A stretch of 64,000 bases of DNA from an uncultured Verrucomicrobiota bacterium (GTDB lineage: Bacteria > Verrucomicrobiota > Verrucomicrobiia > Limisphaerales > UBA1319). The notes under the pieces are model-generated. The model had not been told where the DNA came from. It made no database searches and saw only the letters and a program-made list of their open reading frames with translations. The stretch's first letter is position 1. Every line of letters begins with the position of its first letter. Positions 1-9,960 of the stretch are shown in pieces. The stretch covers positions 25,229 to 89,228 of the forward strand of contig CAZIDG010000002.1 of the NCBI GenBank assembly GCA_964538065.1, written 5' to 3'. The position numbers and the translations under genes are program-made.

Positions 1-201
1 ATGCGTTATGAACGACTCCTACAGCATCGTGGGGGCAAGGTGGTGGTGGGTATTGCACATAGTGTGTGTGCCGGATGCCATATGAAATTACCTCCACAAG
101 TCATTGTGAGTTGCCAGGGAGATGCGGAAATCATCAACTGCCCAAATTGTGGCCGTCTGCTTTTCCATTCACCCGATATGGATTTGACACCCATCGACTG
201 A
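1..201 (+). CDS. C-terminal fragment of a zinc-ribbon protein (COG1579 / zf-RING_7-type C4 ribbon); the 5' end lies left of the window
   Basis: The frame is open from base 1 to the stop at 199-201. Two CxxC pairs (CAGC ... CPNC) about 20 aa apart sit at the extreme C-terminus, as in the C4 ribbon that ends COG1579/DUF164 proteins. The ATG at base 1 is probably internal. Confidence 0.55.
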   Translation: MRYERLLQHRGGKVVVGIAHSVCAGCHMKLPPQVIVSCQGDAEIINCPNCGRLLFHSPDMDLTPID

Positions 202-282
202 TGTCCTCTCCGGCAGGGGGTGACGGAATCCCTCTTGCGTTTTGGAAGATGTTGAATGCCTTATGGTTGAAAGGCCCTTATA

Positions 283-3200
283 CTAAGGGGATTCCATCAT
301 CAGGATTCGATAAAAGAAATTCGTTTCAGGGTTGATCGCGTTGGTGATTGAAATTCCATCCTTTTCATTCGCAAGGACTTCTCCGTAAGAGTGCCAAAAA
401 GGCTCATTGAGGTCGTTTTTGTATTCGATCTGATAGCGGACACCCGGCACTCCTGACCATTTTAGAACCATTTTCCCATCGACTGCGACAGGCACAGACA
501 ATTGGGGCATATCCGTGAGAATAATATCAAGCCGGCCCGTGGCAGACATGGAGGGTTGCCCATCGTCTGCCACAAGGATTTCGATGGTGTATTTGCCCGG
601 TGGCTGGCTCGTGGTGGTATTCCATGTCAACAGGCCTGAATGAGGGTTGATACCTGTGCCTGCTGGGGCGCTGGAGGCCAGACTGAAGGACAGCGATTGC
701 GGAGGGCTTTCGCGGTCCATGACGTTTATTGGGATTTCCACGGTTTGGCCGCGTAAAACAATTCTGCCAGATAGATCAATAAAGGATGGGGCGGTGTTGG
801 CATTTAATCCGACATTGGCTTCCTGTGGGGTGGGGCGATATTGCTGGGTAATGGACGAACTGCCGTCGGGATACCGACCTTCACTCAGATCTGCAATTTG
901 AGGGCCGAAAGTTATCAGATCAATTGTCTCTCCAGAAGGTGAGAACAGCCCAATGCTGTCTCCATCAGCATCCAATTTAAAATTCACATGCAAGGACGAT
1001 GGGTCGATTGCGTTTTGATCGGACATGCCGTCTGCCCATATCATCAGATACCCATGGGGTGGAATGGGATATCCACCAGGTATCTTGAATTGTGTTTTGT
1101 TGTTAACATTGTCTGAAAGGTAAAATCCATTCAGATCGACCGGTGTATTGTTCGGATTATACAGTTCGAACCAATCCTCAAATCCCAGATTGGCTGGGTC
1201 TGACAGGGTACCCTGATTATCGGCCATCCATTCGTTAATAAAAACCTGTATTGAGGGCACCAGGCTGCTATTTTTTGCACCAGGTGTAGCGACATATAAC
1301 ACTCGTCGATCCAGTGGGTTGCCATCCGGAAGACATCCCCAGGAACGATCCGCGCCCAGCATGCTGTAATTCATATAGTCGAGGACCCTTACACCGTCCA
1401 AAAAACTCACAAGTGCAAGAGTGCCCTTGTCCTTGGGAAGACGGAAATTGGCATGCAAATCCTGAGGGGTGGATTGGCCGGTTTGGCCATCAAGCCAGAC
1501 TCTTAAGAAGGATTTTGATGCCACGGTGATATTTGTGGGGAAGCGCCATTTTGTCAGGTTCGTATAGGAATCGCTCAAACCCAGACCACCCAAATTAACC
1601 GCGTTGGTGTCTACATTGAAAATTTCAACCCAGGGTGAGTGACGGCCTTGATGATCGACTGGACCACTGACGTTGTCACTTTGCAGCTCATTTAACCAAA
1701 GATTGGGAAATGGTTTAAGAACAGCCTTCACCGAATTGACTGAACCTGGGGTGGCGCTTTTAAGGGATTGTCCGGTGGTTTCCACTTCCACACCGAAAAC
1801 GATGTCGCTGCTTCCCGTGCCTGATTGCTTTACTTCTACAGCCAACACATTTGTTCCGACAACCAAGGCGTCGCTTTCGACCAGGAATGGCCCTTCAAGT
1901 CCAGCATCACCAATTCCACTGGTTGTCAGCGAATTATACAGGACAGGATCAGCCTCCACCCGCAATCGGTACAAAGGGTGACCATTGAGATAAAAAACAG
2001 CCCCATCGTCGATGATGGTCATCAACTTCAAGACCACGCCCATTGTAGGGCCTTCGTAATTGAATTTTGTCCTGAAGTACCATGTAGGCGAAACGTTTGG
2101 AAGGAGAGTGTTTTTGGAGGCAGGCAGTGCTGCTGTCTCGACATACAGAAGAGCGTTGCCACGCGGCCAGCCAGAGTCGTTAAAATGGGGGGAATACCAA
2201 TTGGTGTTCTCCAAATTAACATTTGTATAGAGCCAGACGTTGGTCATTTTGATGAGACTTGTGGACAGAACATTGGTTTGGCTTGGAACACTATCCCAGT
2301 TGGCTACTCTGAGGTTATCCTGGGTGGCATCCACCAATTGCAGAGAGGCTCCTCCTTCATCGGCTGCTGTTGGCCAGGGGAGTTGGTGGTCGTATGCAAC
2401 AACATCCATCAGGTGTTCTGACGTATTTGTGGTCCCTGGAGCGACCAGCCTAAGTGTTTCCCCCTTTTTGAGCTCCCCAGGGTACTCCAGGGCAACGGGA
2501 ATATCCGGGCCATAGACAGACGCAAAATACTGCCGGTTTTTGGCAATGACGAGATAGCCGCCAGCGGGAATTATGGCATTGCGGTTGAACGTCAAATCAA
2601 GCCCATCAATGCGGCAATTGCATAGGTCAAACGCGGTGTTCGGATTTCGATTGTACAACTCAACATAGCTCGCACCAGACCGAGCAGGATTGTACATAAT
2701 CTCAGAAAACACCACGTCATTCCATGGTGGTTCCATGGTGGCGGTATTGGTGATGGTGAGGCTGCCGACCATGTCTGTGATGGGTTGACCCTCGGCATTC
2801 AGACCGGTCACAGAAAGATTGTTAACACCTGAAGCCAATGCAAGGGTCACTGTCCAGTTCGTCAAGGAAGTCCAGGATGCATTATATTTTATGCCATTAA
2901 CCGCAATTTCAGCGACATCTATGGGGGCGGTTCCTGAAATCTTCACCAAATTGTTGTTCGTCGTAAACCCTGCGGTTGCGACGGCAAAAGGAACAGACAC
3001 TTTCGCCAGCTCCTGTAGAATGGTCTGTCGTTTGGTCGTAATATAGTTGATGATGCTTTGAGGATGTTCAGGTGTGAAGCCGGCCCCCACAAAAGCGCTG
3101 TATCGAGCCAGCAACAAGGCATTGGCGGCTCCCTGTCGAAGACTGGTGGTGGTGGCATCCTTCAGGGCACGATAATACATTCGGCGGAAGGGGGGGTGAT

Positions 3201-6200
3201 TCAACATTTTGGCCAGGCGATCGCCGCCAAAGGTAAACAAACTGGCATTGGCTGCCTCGGCCGAAAATGCGAAATCCAGGTCCCACAAAATCAACCGCCA
3301 GCGGTCGCCCGGAGGCTTGTAAACGTAGAGATTCTGGCCACCGCCGTAACAGAAACTGTCCGGGTTCCCGTACAAGTGTTCGCAGGCAACGATCCGAGCC
3401 CACTCGTCAGCATCGACCAGGGAAGATATGGCACTCGTGTAAGCATCAGCCGTGCCCGTCATTAACATGGTGTCATGAAGTGCAAATAGGTTGGTATAAT
3501 CATTAATGGAATGCTGAGCGGCACGCCGAGCCCAGTTCCAGCGATAGCGGGCCAATTTCTTCACACCGCCCGAAGTGTAATTTCCAAAACTGGCACCAAT
3601 GCTGGTAAAACTGCTGACTTGATCATCGAATTCAAACCAAAACTGGATTTTGTGCAGGTCGCCATTCTCACCGGGCCACCATTCGTCGGCAAAATCCCCG
3701 TTAGCCTGCTGGGAATCCTCCATCATCATGGGGGCACGGCGCATGTTATTAAAAAAAACATGCACATGGCGCCGATGGTTGTATGGAACACCCATTTGAC
3801 GGGCCACCCAGAAGGCGGTTTGTTCACGTTGCATGGTGCTTTCGCAGCAACCATTTCCCGGAAGCAGCAAATTTACATCGGTTTCACCCAATAGCAGATC
3901 ATCGCCGGGGAAGGTGAGAACATAATCGCAATAATTACCGAGGGGAGAATTGTATCCGGGGGAGTGATAGGGGCTTCCACTGTATTGCGCACCCATGTTG
4001 TAAACAGCACGATTTGTCCCATAAATGAAAGTGCAATCCAGCGGATCGTTGCTGAGCTTTTCTCGAGAGGACCAACGATTTACAGTATCCTTGGTCATCC
4101 ATACATGATAAGTGCCAAAATTGCCTGCACCGTTGGCTGCCCCGAACATAAGCACACATTCCTGCCGGGGTGCGCTTTCCGGGAACCGTCTTGTCAGCCT
4201 TTCCGAGGGGTGATTATCGGTCGCTTGAATATAGAATGAGACCAAGGTGTTTGCTTTTTGTGCCGGAATGAATGCACTGTAGAGCCCGGCCCCATTAAAG
4301 GCCATGGGTACTGCAACCCAATTGGTGGTGGGATCAATGCGATATTCCAATGCGAGGGAAGCAAGCCCATCCGGATCGTTCACGCTGGCCAATATTTGTA
4401 CAGGTTTGCCAGCTTGAGGGAGAATGGGGGTGTGAGTGACATTGTAAATGGCTGGTCCGACATTGGAATGAGGGTGACTATTCATTCGACCAGGCGTGCC
4501 CAGATGATGCTGGGTGAGGATGTTGGTAGTGGCATCAAGCCAATTACCCTTCACACGAAAGAATATCTCGGGACATCCTTTCAGCCAACGTGCCTTGGCT
4601 CGTATGGTGGCTGAAATACCTGTCGCCAGAGAGGACTTCAATTGTCCTCGAACATGATTGGCTACCGTATCGCCACGGCCCGTGGCCACAAGATGAAGGC
4701 AGGGCGACTGGCCGATTCCATGATCGAGGGACACATCAGAATGGGTCTGGTTTCCCTGGAAGAGCCAATTGTTTGTGCCATTGGAGAAGTCACCATTGAC
4801 CACCAGGTTTTGCCCCCCTTGTGGAATGACTTGAATATCATCAACCAGTGCTTCCCCTGGTCCCAATAAAAACACATCAAGTCGGACAGGATCTCCGCTG
4901 CCATTATCCACCCCCCCCGTATATTCAACGGTCACCCAATCACTTTTGGCTGATTCATCACTGTCCACCCAATTGGCTGCCAGACGATGGTCGGCCCGCT
5001 CATCGAGCAACTCGAGGCTGCTTCCCCCTCCAGAACTCCAATGCCCCCAACGGCCTCCGGATCGATACATGACATGGTCGACGAGAACCTGAATGGTGTT
5101 GGTGATGATTCGACCTGTGGCATTGGTCGAGATCAATAAATCCGGTCTGGTAAGGATGATTTCGTCGCTTTGATTACCCAATGTCCCGTCGTAATCACCA
5201 AAAACAACGGTGTCATTGAGATAAGAATAATTCCGCAGGAGGTGCTCGTGGTTTTTGGCCACAACCACGTATTCGCCTGGAAGCAATACTGCGTTGGAAG
5301 GAAAAATGTAGTCAATGCCACCTTCCAAATGCCAACCCGACAGCGGAATGGTGGTGCCACCATGATTACACAATTCGATGTACTCATCATCATCATTTCC
5401 ATCGACTGATTCATACATGATTTCGTTGATCACCACGGGGGATTGGAATGGAGGTTCATTTGCTCCATCAGGCGTGGCAAGGGCTAGAATGCTCCATTCG
5501 ACAGCCCCATCGGGATGGCGGCCCCAGGAACGCCCCTGTTCCTGTCCGCGAAATTGTTCGGCTTCAAGCACCTTGGAGGCACTTGGATCAAGGAAATAGA
5601 CGGTATCTCCACCGCTCTTCAATCCAAATCCCAATTGCGATTTCGTGAATGCAAGAAAACCGAATGGGGAAATGACGGTCCCGGCAGGCATGACAAACTT
5701 GTTGGCGGACGGATCGTCCGTCAGAATGCATCCCGATAAATCCACCGAGTTGCTGCTATAGTTGTACAGTTCAATAAAGTCCTCCTTCGCAATTGCAGGA
5801 CGGGCGCATATTTCATTGATAAGGACGGTTTGGTAGGGATTGGCAGCGATTGTGTCAGAAGTTCCAGGACTGCCGCCGCGACGATCACTTGCCGACCACG
5901 CTGCAGGATCTTGTTGTCCCAGAGATGGACGCGCCAACACCAAGGAATGGCCAGCACCATCTGGACTTACAGGCCAGGGAGCTTCATCCTTGTAATGCAC
6001 CTCACTGATGAGTGCTCCCAAATGATTGTATAGTTTGATATCGCCTGAGCGATTGGGAAGATTATGGGTGAATTGTCCAAAAGGGGCTAACTGATAAACA
6101 GTTTGAAAATCCGCCTGTGATGCTGCCAGCACCAAATATCCTCGAGATGCAATGCTTGCGTTGGTGGGGAACTGGTATTCAATGTCGCCTTGGATGCGAA

Positions 6201-7500
6201 ACCCGCTGACATCCTCGGGCCAGGGTTGCGAATTGTAGATCTCGATAAACTCGAGATTGCGTCCATCACTGCGATCCATGGGGTGGTACATGATTTCGGT
6301 GATGGCCAAGGGAGACCGCCGGCTTGATGGGCCTGGTTGTTCCTGCGTGCCCGTAATGCGTGCGATGGGCAGTGGAGAGTATGAGGTTGAAAAAGTGATG
6401 TGCGAATCAGGAGTGATACTGTTGGGGGTGGCGGCACGATCGCGGACGTTATTTACCGTCAATATATATGATTCACCCAATGTTAGTTTTGTGACTCTGG
6501 CCAAAACCGAGGATTCATCGGGGCACATGGTAACTTCCTCGACCCGAGCATTCTTATCCATTTGATAATTATTGCGGTTGGTGGCCGAGGCGGCTTCAAG
6601 AGATTCGGAAAAATGCATCGTCATCCAATTACAGTCTCCCAGGAAGCTTACAGAGGTAAGAGTGGGCCGGGTTGTGTCGGGTAAAACTGACAGCCTGGCG
6701 ACAGAACTGCTGGCATATCCAAGAGAATTGGTGACAAAACATTGGAAAACGGTTCCGTCATCAGAAAGGGTGACAGGCCCGACTGCCAGGACTGTGCTGG
6801 TGGTGTTGGAAACAGTAACGCCATTTCGAGTCCACTGGAACACGGCTCCCAACATGCGTTCCAATTTAATCGTAAAAAATGCCGACTCCCCCTCGGTGAC
6901 AGTGACGTCGGATGGTTGCTGAATGATTTTGGGAGCAGCAAGACCGTAAGGTTCCAGATTGGTGCCAGGTATTATCTCAATGGCGGTTCCGGGTCGTGAC
7001 CATCCGACTGAGAGATTGTCATCCCCAACGCCTTCCTTCTGCATTGCCTCCACATAATACCTTTTACCTGCAAGGAGAAAAACTGGAGCGGAGGTTTGGC
7101 CTGTTTCACGGGTCCATTCCCGCCATCCCGAACACCCTGTGACGCGGGCAATCAATTTTTTATTGTTGGGATTGTCATCGGTGCTGAGATAAAGAACGCC
7201 GTTGTCATCAGTTGCGATATAAAATGTATAATTGGTGGTGATGGATGGTACCAATATGGCACGCATCCGGGTGCCATAATTATCGGCGTAGTTATGCGGG
7301 GCTTCAAAATCGGAATCAATGAATTCACGCGAAGGATTGGCGGGATAGGCAGAATTTGAGGTCAGGTCCGCAATAGTGCTTCCTTCGATGTCCGTAAAGA
7401 CTTCGCGCAATACGCCGTTGGTTGTCTGGGCAGAGAGGGACGACAGACATGCCAATACAAAAACAATAGTGGCTTGAACGATGCCTGGGCGATGGAACAT
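283..7500 (-). CDS. Giant secreted/surface protein (2405 aa): PA14-like + Ig-like + six lamin-tail domains (LTD) + central CotH-like domain + C-terminal cadherin/dystroglycan-like Ig and beta-sandwich
   Basis: Uninterrupted 7218-nt ORF with an N-terminal signal-like segment (IVQATIVFVLACLSSLSAQ). PA14-like block: YTFYIATDDNGVLYLS...GKRYYVEAMQKEGVGDDNLSVGW. Ig-like block: PKIIQQPSDVTVTEGESAFF. Six LTD signatures, for example LAITEIMYHP..LEFIEIYN, VLINEICARP..DFIELYN, VVINEIMYES..EYIELCN, VVFSEIMYNP..SYVELYN, LWLNELQSDN..WVEIFN, VFINEWMADN..DWFELYN. CotH-like block: HVWMTKDTVNRW ... ILWDLDFAF. The C-terminus ends FFYRILMMESP. Confidence 0.9.
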   Translation of the reverse strand: MFHRPGIVQATIVFVLACLSSLSAQTTNGVLREVFTDIEGSTIADLTSNSAYPANPSREFIDSDFEAPHNYADNYGTRMRAILVPSITTNYTFYIATDDNGVLYLSTDDNPNNKKLIARVTGCSGWREWTRETGQTSAPVFLLAGKRYYVEAMQKEGVGDDNLSVGWSRPGTAIEIIPGTNLEPYGLAAPKIIQQPSDVTVTEGESAFFTIKLERMLGAVFQWTRNGVTVSNTTSTVLAVGPVTLSDDGTVFQCFVTNSLGYASSSVARLSVLPDTTRPTLTSVSFLGDCNWMTMHFSESLEAASATNRNNYQMDKNARVEEVTMCPDESSVLARVTKLTLGESYILTVNNVRDRAATPNSITPDSHITFSTSYSPLPIARITGTQEQPGPSSRRSPLAITEIMYHPMDRSDGRNLEFIEIYNSQPWPEDVSGFRIQGDIEYQFPTNASIASRGYLVLAASQADFQTVYQLAPFGQFTHNLPNRSGDIKLYNHLGALISEVHYKDEAPWPVSPDGAGHSLVLARPSLGQQDPAAWSASDRRGGSPGTSDTIAANPYQTVLINEICARPAIAKEDFIELYNYSSNSVDLSGCILTDDPSANKFVMPAGTVISPFGFLAFTKSQLGFGLKSGGDTVYFLDPSASKVLEAEQFRGQEQGRSWGRHPDGAVEWSILALATPDGANEPPFQSPVVINEIMYESVDGNDDDEYIELCNHGGTTIPLSGWHLEGGIDYIFPSNAVLLPGEYVVVAKNHEHLLRNYSYLNDTVVFGDYDGTLGNQSDEIILTRPDLLISTNATGRIITNTIQVLVDHVMYRSGGRWGHWSSGGGSSLELLDERADHRLAANWVDSDESAKSDWVTVEYTGGVDNGSGDPVRLDVFLLGPGEALVDDIQVIPQGGQNLVVNGDFSNGTNNWLFQGNQTHSDVSLDHGIGQSPCLHLVATGRGDTVANHVRGQLKSSLATGISATIRAKARWLKGCPEIFFRVKGNWLDATTNILTQHHLGTPGRMNSHPHSNVGPAIYNVTHTPILPQAGKPVQILASVNDPDGLASLALEYRIDPTTNWVAVPMAFNGAGLYSAFIPAQKANTLVSFYIQATDNHPSERLTRRFPESAPRQECVLMFGAANGAGNFGTYHVWMTKDTVNRWSSREKLSNDPLDCTFIYGTNRAVYNMGAQYSGSPYHSPGYNSPLGNYCDYVLTFPGDDLLLGETDVNLLLPGNGCCESTMQREQTAFWVARQMGVPYNHRRHVHVFFNNMRRAPMMMEDSQQANGDFADEWWPGENGDLHKIQFWFEFDDQVSSFTSIGASFGNYTSGGVKKLARYRWNWARRAAQHSINDYTNLFALHDTMLMTGTADAYTSAISSLVDADEWARIVACEHLYGNPDSFCYGGGQNLYVYKPPGDRWRLILWDLDFAFSAEAANASLFTFGGDRLAKMLNHPPFRRMYYRALKDATTTSLRQGAANALLLARYSAFVGAGFTPEHPQSIINYITTKRQTILQELAKVSVPFAVATAGFTTNNNLVKISGTAPIDVAEIAVNGIKYNASWTSLTNWTVTLALASGVNNLSVTGLNAEGQPITDMVGSLTITNTATMEPPWNDVVFSEIMYNPARSGASYVELYNRNPNTAFDLCNCRIDGLDLTFNRNAIIPAGGYLVIAKNRQYFASVYGPDIPVALEYPGELKKGETLRLVAPGTTNTSEHLMDVVAYDHQLPWPTAADEGGASLQLVDATQDNLRVANWDSVPSQTNVLSTSLIKMTNVWLYTNVNLENTNWYSPHFNDSGWPRGNALLYVETAALPASKNTLLPNVSPTWYFRTKFNYEGPTMGVVLKLMTIIDDGAVFYLNGHPLYRLRVEADPVLYNSLTTSGIGDAGLEGPFLVESDALVVGTNVLAVEVKQSGTGSSDIVFGVEVETTGQSLKSATPGSVNSVKAVLKPFPNLWLNELQSDNVSGPVDHQGRHSPWVEIFNVDTNAVNLGGLGLSDSYTNLTKWRFPTNITVASKSFLRVWLDGQTGQSTPQDLHANFRLPKDKGTLALVSFLDGVRVLDYMNYSMLGADRSWGCLPDGNPLDRRVLYVATPGAKNSSLVPSIQVFINEWMADNQGTLSDPANLGFEDWFELYNPNNTPVDLNGFYLSDNVNNKTQFKIPGGYPIPPHGYLMIWADGMSDQNAIDPSSLHVNFKLDADGDSIGLFSPSGETIDLITFGPQIADLSEGRYPDGSSSITQQYRPTPQEANVGLNANTAPSFIDLSGRIVLRGQTVEIPINVMDRESPPQSLSFSLASSAPAGTGINPHSGLLTWNTTTSQPPGKYTIEILVADDGQPSMSATGRLDIILTDMPQLSVPVAVDGKMVLKWSGVPGVRYQIEYKNDLNEPFWHSYGEVLANEKDGISITNAINPETNFFYRILMMESP

Positions 7501-7653
7501 GATCCCTATTATGGGCTCTATTCTGTTGGATTCAAGTCAGATGCACCAACACAACAACTTTTGCACCATCCTCCATTCCCATCCTTTGTTCGGATGGCGC
7601 ATGTCTTCAAAGTACAACAGGTCATTTGCATTCCAGCGAATGCATATCGCATC

Positions 7654-9663
7654 TCAGGTGGAAACTGCCCCAAGCTGTTTATCGAGGCAGTGCCGGACAG
7701 TTTTGATTAAGGCCCGGGGCGAGAATGGCTTTGAGAGGAAAACGTCATTTTTCAACCAATCGGGACTTACGCCCAATAATTCCATGCTAAATCCGCTGAT
7801 ATAAATGACCTTCAAGTCCGCTTGATGGTTGCGCATACGCAGGGCCAGTTCGCGGCCTGAAACACCGCCGGGCATGACCATATCCGTAATGAGCAGGTCA
7901 ATTGGACTTTGGGCCACAAGGGGCAGTTCGAGAGCATCACGGCCGCTGGCTGCCTCATGGACTTCGTAGCCACAAGGTTTTAGGATGCTGCAAATCATTT
8001 GGCGTACTGAAGGCTCGTCCTCCACAACCAGAATACGCTCAGATCCTCCCTGGATGGGGGCGGTATCTTCCTTTTGCGTAGCGTGAATGCGCTGGGGCGT
8101 TTCATTCCCGTTACAAATCGGCAGGTAGATGGAGAACTCTGTTCCCTTTTGGGGTACGCTATTTACATCGATCCAGCCTTCGTGTTGTTTGACAATCCCA
8201 AACACAGTGGAGAGGCCGAGTCCTGTTCCTTTGCTGGCCTCTTTGGTGGAAAAAAACGGTTCAAATAGTCTCCCGAGGACTTCCTTATCCATGCCACAAC
8301 CGTTATCTGCGACGGTTAAAACAACAAACCGGCCGATCCGAGCGTCCGCACTCGCACGGTTGGAATTTGCATCCCGTACGCATACGCTTGTCTTGATGGT
8401 GAGTGCACCGCCTTTGGGCATGGCATCGCGGCTGTTCACAGCAAGATTCATCACCACTTGTTCCATCATGGCTGCATCAATTTTCACCAGGGGCAGGCGG
8501 GGGGAGCATTGAATCTGAAGGGTGATGCTTTCTCCCAGCAAACTTGGCAGCATGTGACTCAAGCCCGTCACTATTTCGTTTATATCCAAGGGCTTGGGTT
8601 GCATGATCTGTTTGCGGCTGAATGCCAGCAAGTGGCGTATCAAATCCGTTCCCTTGCGGGTGGCACATACAATCTGAGTCGCCGATTCCATGCACACGGG
8701 AGGAACGTCTCGGTGGGAGAGCAACAAACTGGCATGGCCATGGACAATGGTCAGGATATTGTTAAAATCATGGGCGATGCCCGCTGCCAAATGGCCGACA
8801 GACTCCATCCGCTGTGACTTGCGCAACTGTAATTCGAGTTTTCTCCGTTCGCTCACATCAATGAGAATGCCCCGCATCCCGTTGACTGTGCCATTTTGTT
8901 GGATGGGGGCTGAAAATATCAGGACGGGGAAAAAGGAACCATCCTTTTTCCGTGCGGTATATTCGTTGCCATTGGTTGCTTTGCCCGAAATCAGCGCAGC
9001 CATGTTTTCCTTGGCTCGCGCCACATCATCGGGCTTTAGCATATGAAAGACGGTTAAATCATTGACCGCATCGCTTGTCGAATATCCGAACATCGGAAAA
9101 CTGGCGCGGTTGAGAAACAAGAACCGCCCCTGAAGGTCACATTCAAAGACAGTTTGAGGCAAAAGATCCGCCAGGTGCCTAAAACGCTGCTCGTTTTTCA
9201 GAGCGGCCTCTTGAGTCTTTTTGCGTTCTGTAATGTCTCGTGCAATACCTTGGATGCCAATGGGATGTCCATTTCTGCGAAGTGGCCATATGTTGATTTC
9301 GACAAAACGCACAAGGCCGTTCTTGCATATCACCTGCATCTCGTGCAATGGCAGGATTTCACCTGCAATACAGCGCGCAATGAGCGATTGCGCCAGAGGC
9401 AGATAATCCGGGGCAATGAATTTCTCCAGGGGCATGTTCACGAATTCGGCTGCCGTATAGCCGGTGATCTTCAAGCCAGCCGGATTCATCGATGAGAAGT
9501 GCCCGGCAAGGTCGCACGTAAATATCGCATCCGCGGCATTTTCGTAAAAATCACGAAAACACTGCGTGCTATCGCTGGCTCCATGGAACAGTCCCAGCCA
9601 GCGCCTCAATTGTCGCCCAATTGCCGTCATCGTGCTGCTATTTGGAAAACGCGGCCATAACAA
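7654..9663 (-). CDS. Hybrid sensor histidine kinase (PAS-PAS-HisKA-HATPase-receiver), apparently cytoplasmic
   Basis: Two PAS-like blocks (AADAIFTCDLAGHF; LPQTVFECDLQGRF). H-box HLAAGIAHDFNNIL, N-box NLAVNSRDAM, G-boxes DNGCGM and GTGLGLS. Receiver domain (ILVVEDEP ... DLLITDMVMPG ... SKPF). No TM segment seen. Alternative ATG at 9630. Confidence 0.9.
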   Translation of the reverse strand: MLWPRFPNSSTMTAIGRQLRRWLGLFHGASDSTQCFRDFYENAADAIFTCDLAGHFSSMNPAGLKITGYTAAEFVNMPLEKFIAPDYLPLAQSLIARCIAGEILPLHEMQVICKNGLVRFVEINIWPLRRNGHPIGIQGIARDITERKKTQEAALKNEQRFRHLADLLPQTVFECDLQGRFLFLNRASFPMFGYSTSDAVNDLTVFHMLKPDDVARAKENMAALISGKATNGNEYTARKKDGSFFPVLIFSAPIQQNGTVNGMRGILIDVSERRKLELQLRKSQRMESVGHLAAGIAHDFNNILTIVHGHASLLLSHRDVPPVCMESATQIVCATRKGTDLIRHLLAFSRKQIMQPKPLDINEIVTGLSHMLPSLLGESITLQIQCSPRLPLVKIDAAMMEQVVMNLAVNSRDAMPKGGALTIKTSVCVRDANSNRASADARIGRFVVLTVADNGCGMDKEVLGRLFEPFFSTKEASKGTGLGLSTVFGIVKQHEGWIDVNSVPQKGTEFSIYLPICNGNETPQRIHATQKEDTAPIQGGSERILVVEDEPSVRQMICSILKPCGYEVHEAASGRDALELPLVAQSPIDLLITDMVMPGGVSGRELALRMRNHQADLKVIYISGFSMELLGVSPDWLKNDVFLSKPFSPRALIKTVRHCLDKQLGAVST

Positions 9664-9960
9664 CTGATGCCGGACGTGTTTTCACAAGCGTTTGGATAAT
9701 GATGCGAAGTTTGCACGTCTTAAGGTGGGGACGTCAAGAACGGCTTGGGCTTTTTTAACCTTTTCACACAAGACACTGGACGAATTTCGAAGCGTTTATT
9801 TGGGGGGGACGATAAAGAGAAGATAACGAGACCGGTCCTGCCCATTTGCACATCGCTCATTTGGAAGATGACCATGGAGGTCGATTACAGCCCTCCATTC
9901 ATGGACAGAACCCTCTCCTGGAGTAACTGTTGGAGGGGGGAGTGAGATTGACAGCAAGGA

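Noticed and set aside
9745-9945. 66-aa ORF in the histidine-kinase / rhamnosidase divergent region, and two hairpins at about 9873-9960
   Set aside because: The ORF has no ribosome-binding site, signal or motif. The hairpins (ATGGAGG/CCTCCAT; CCCTCTCC/GGAGGGGG) are short and may simply be 5'-UTR structure. I recognised no riboswitch class.
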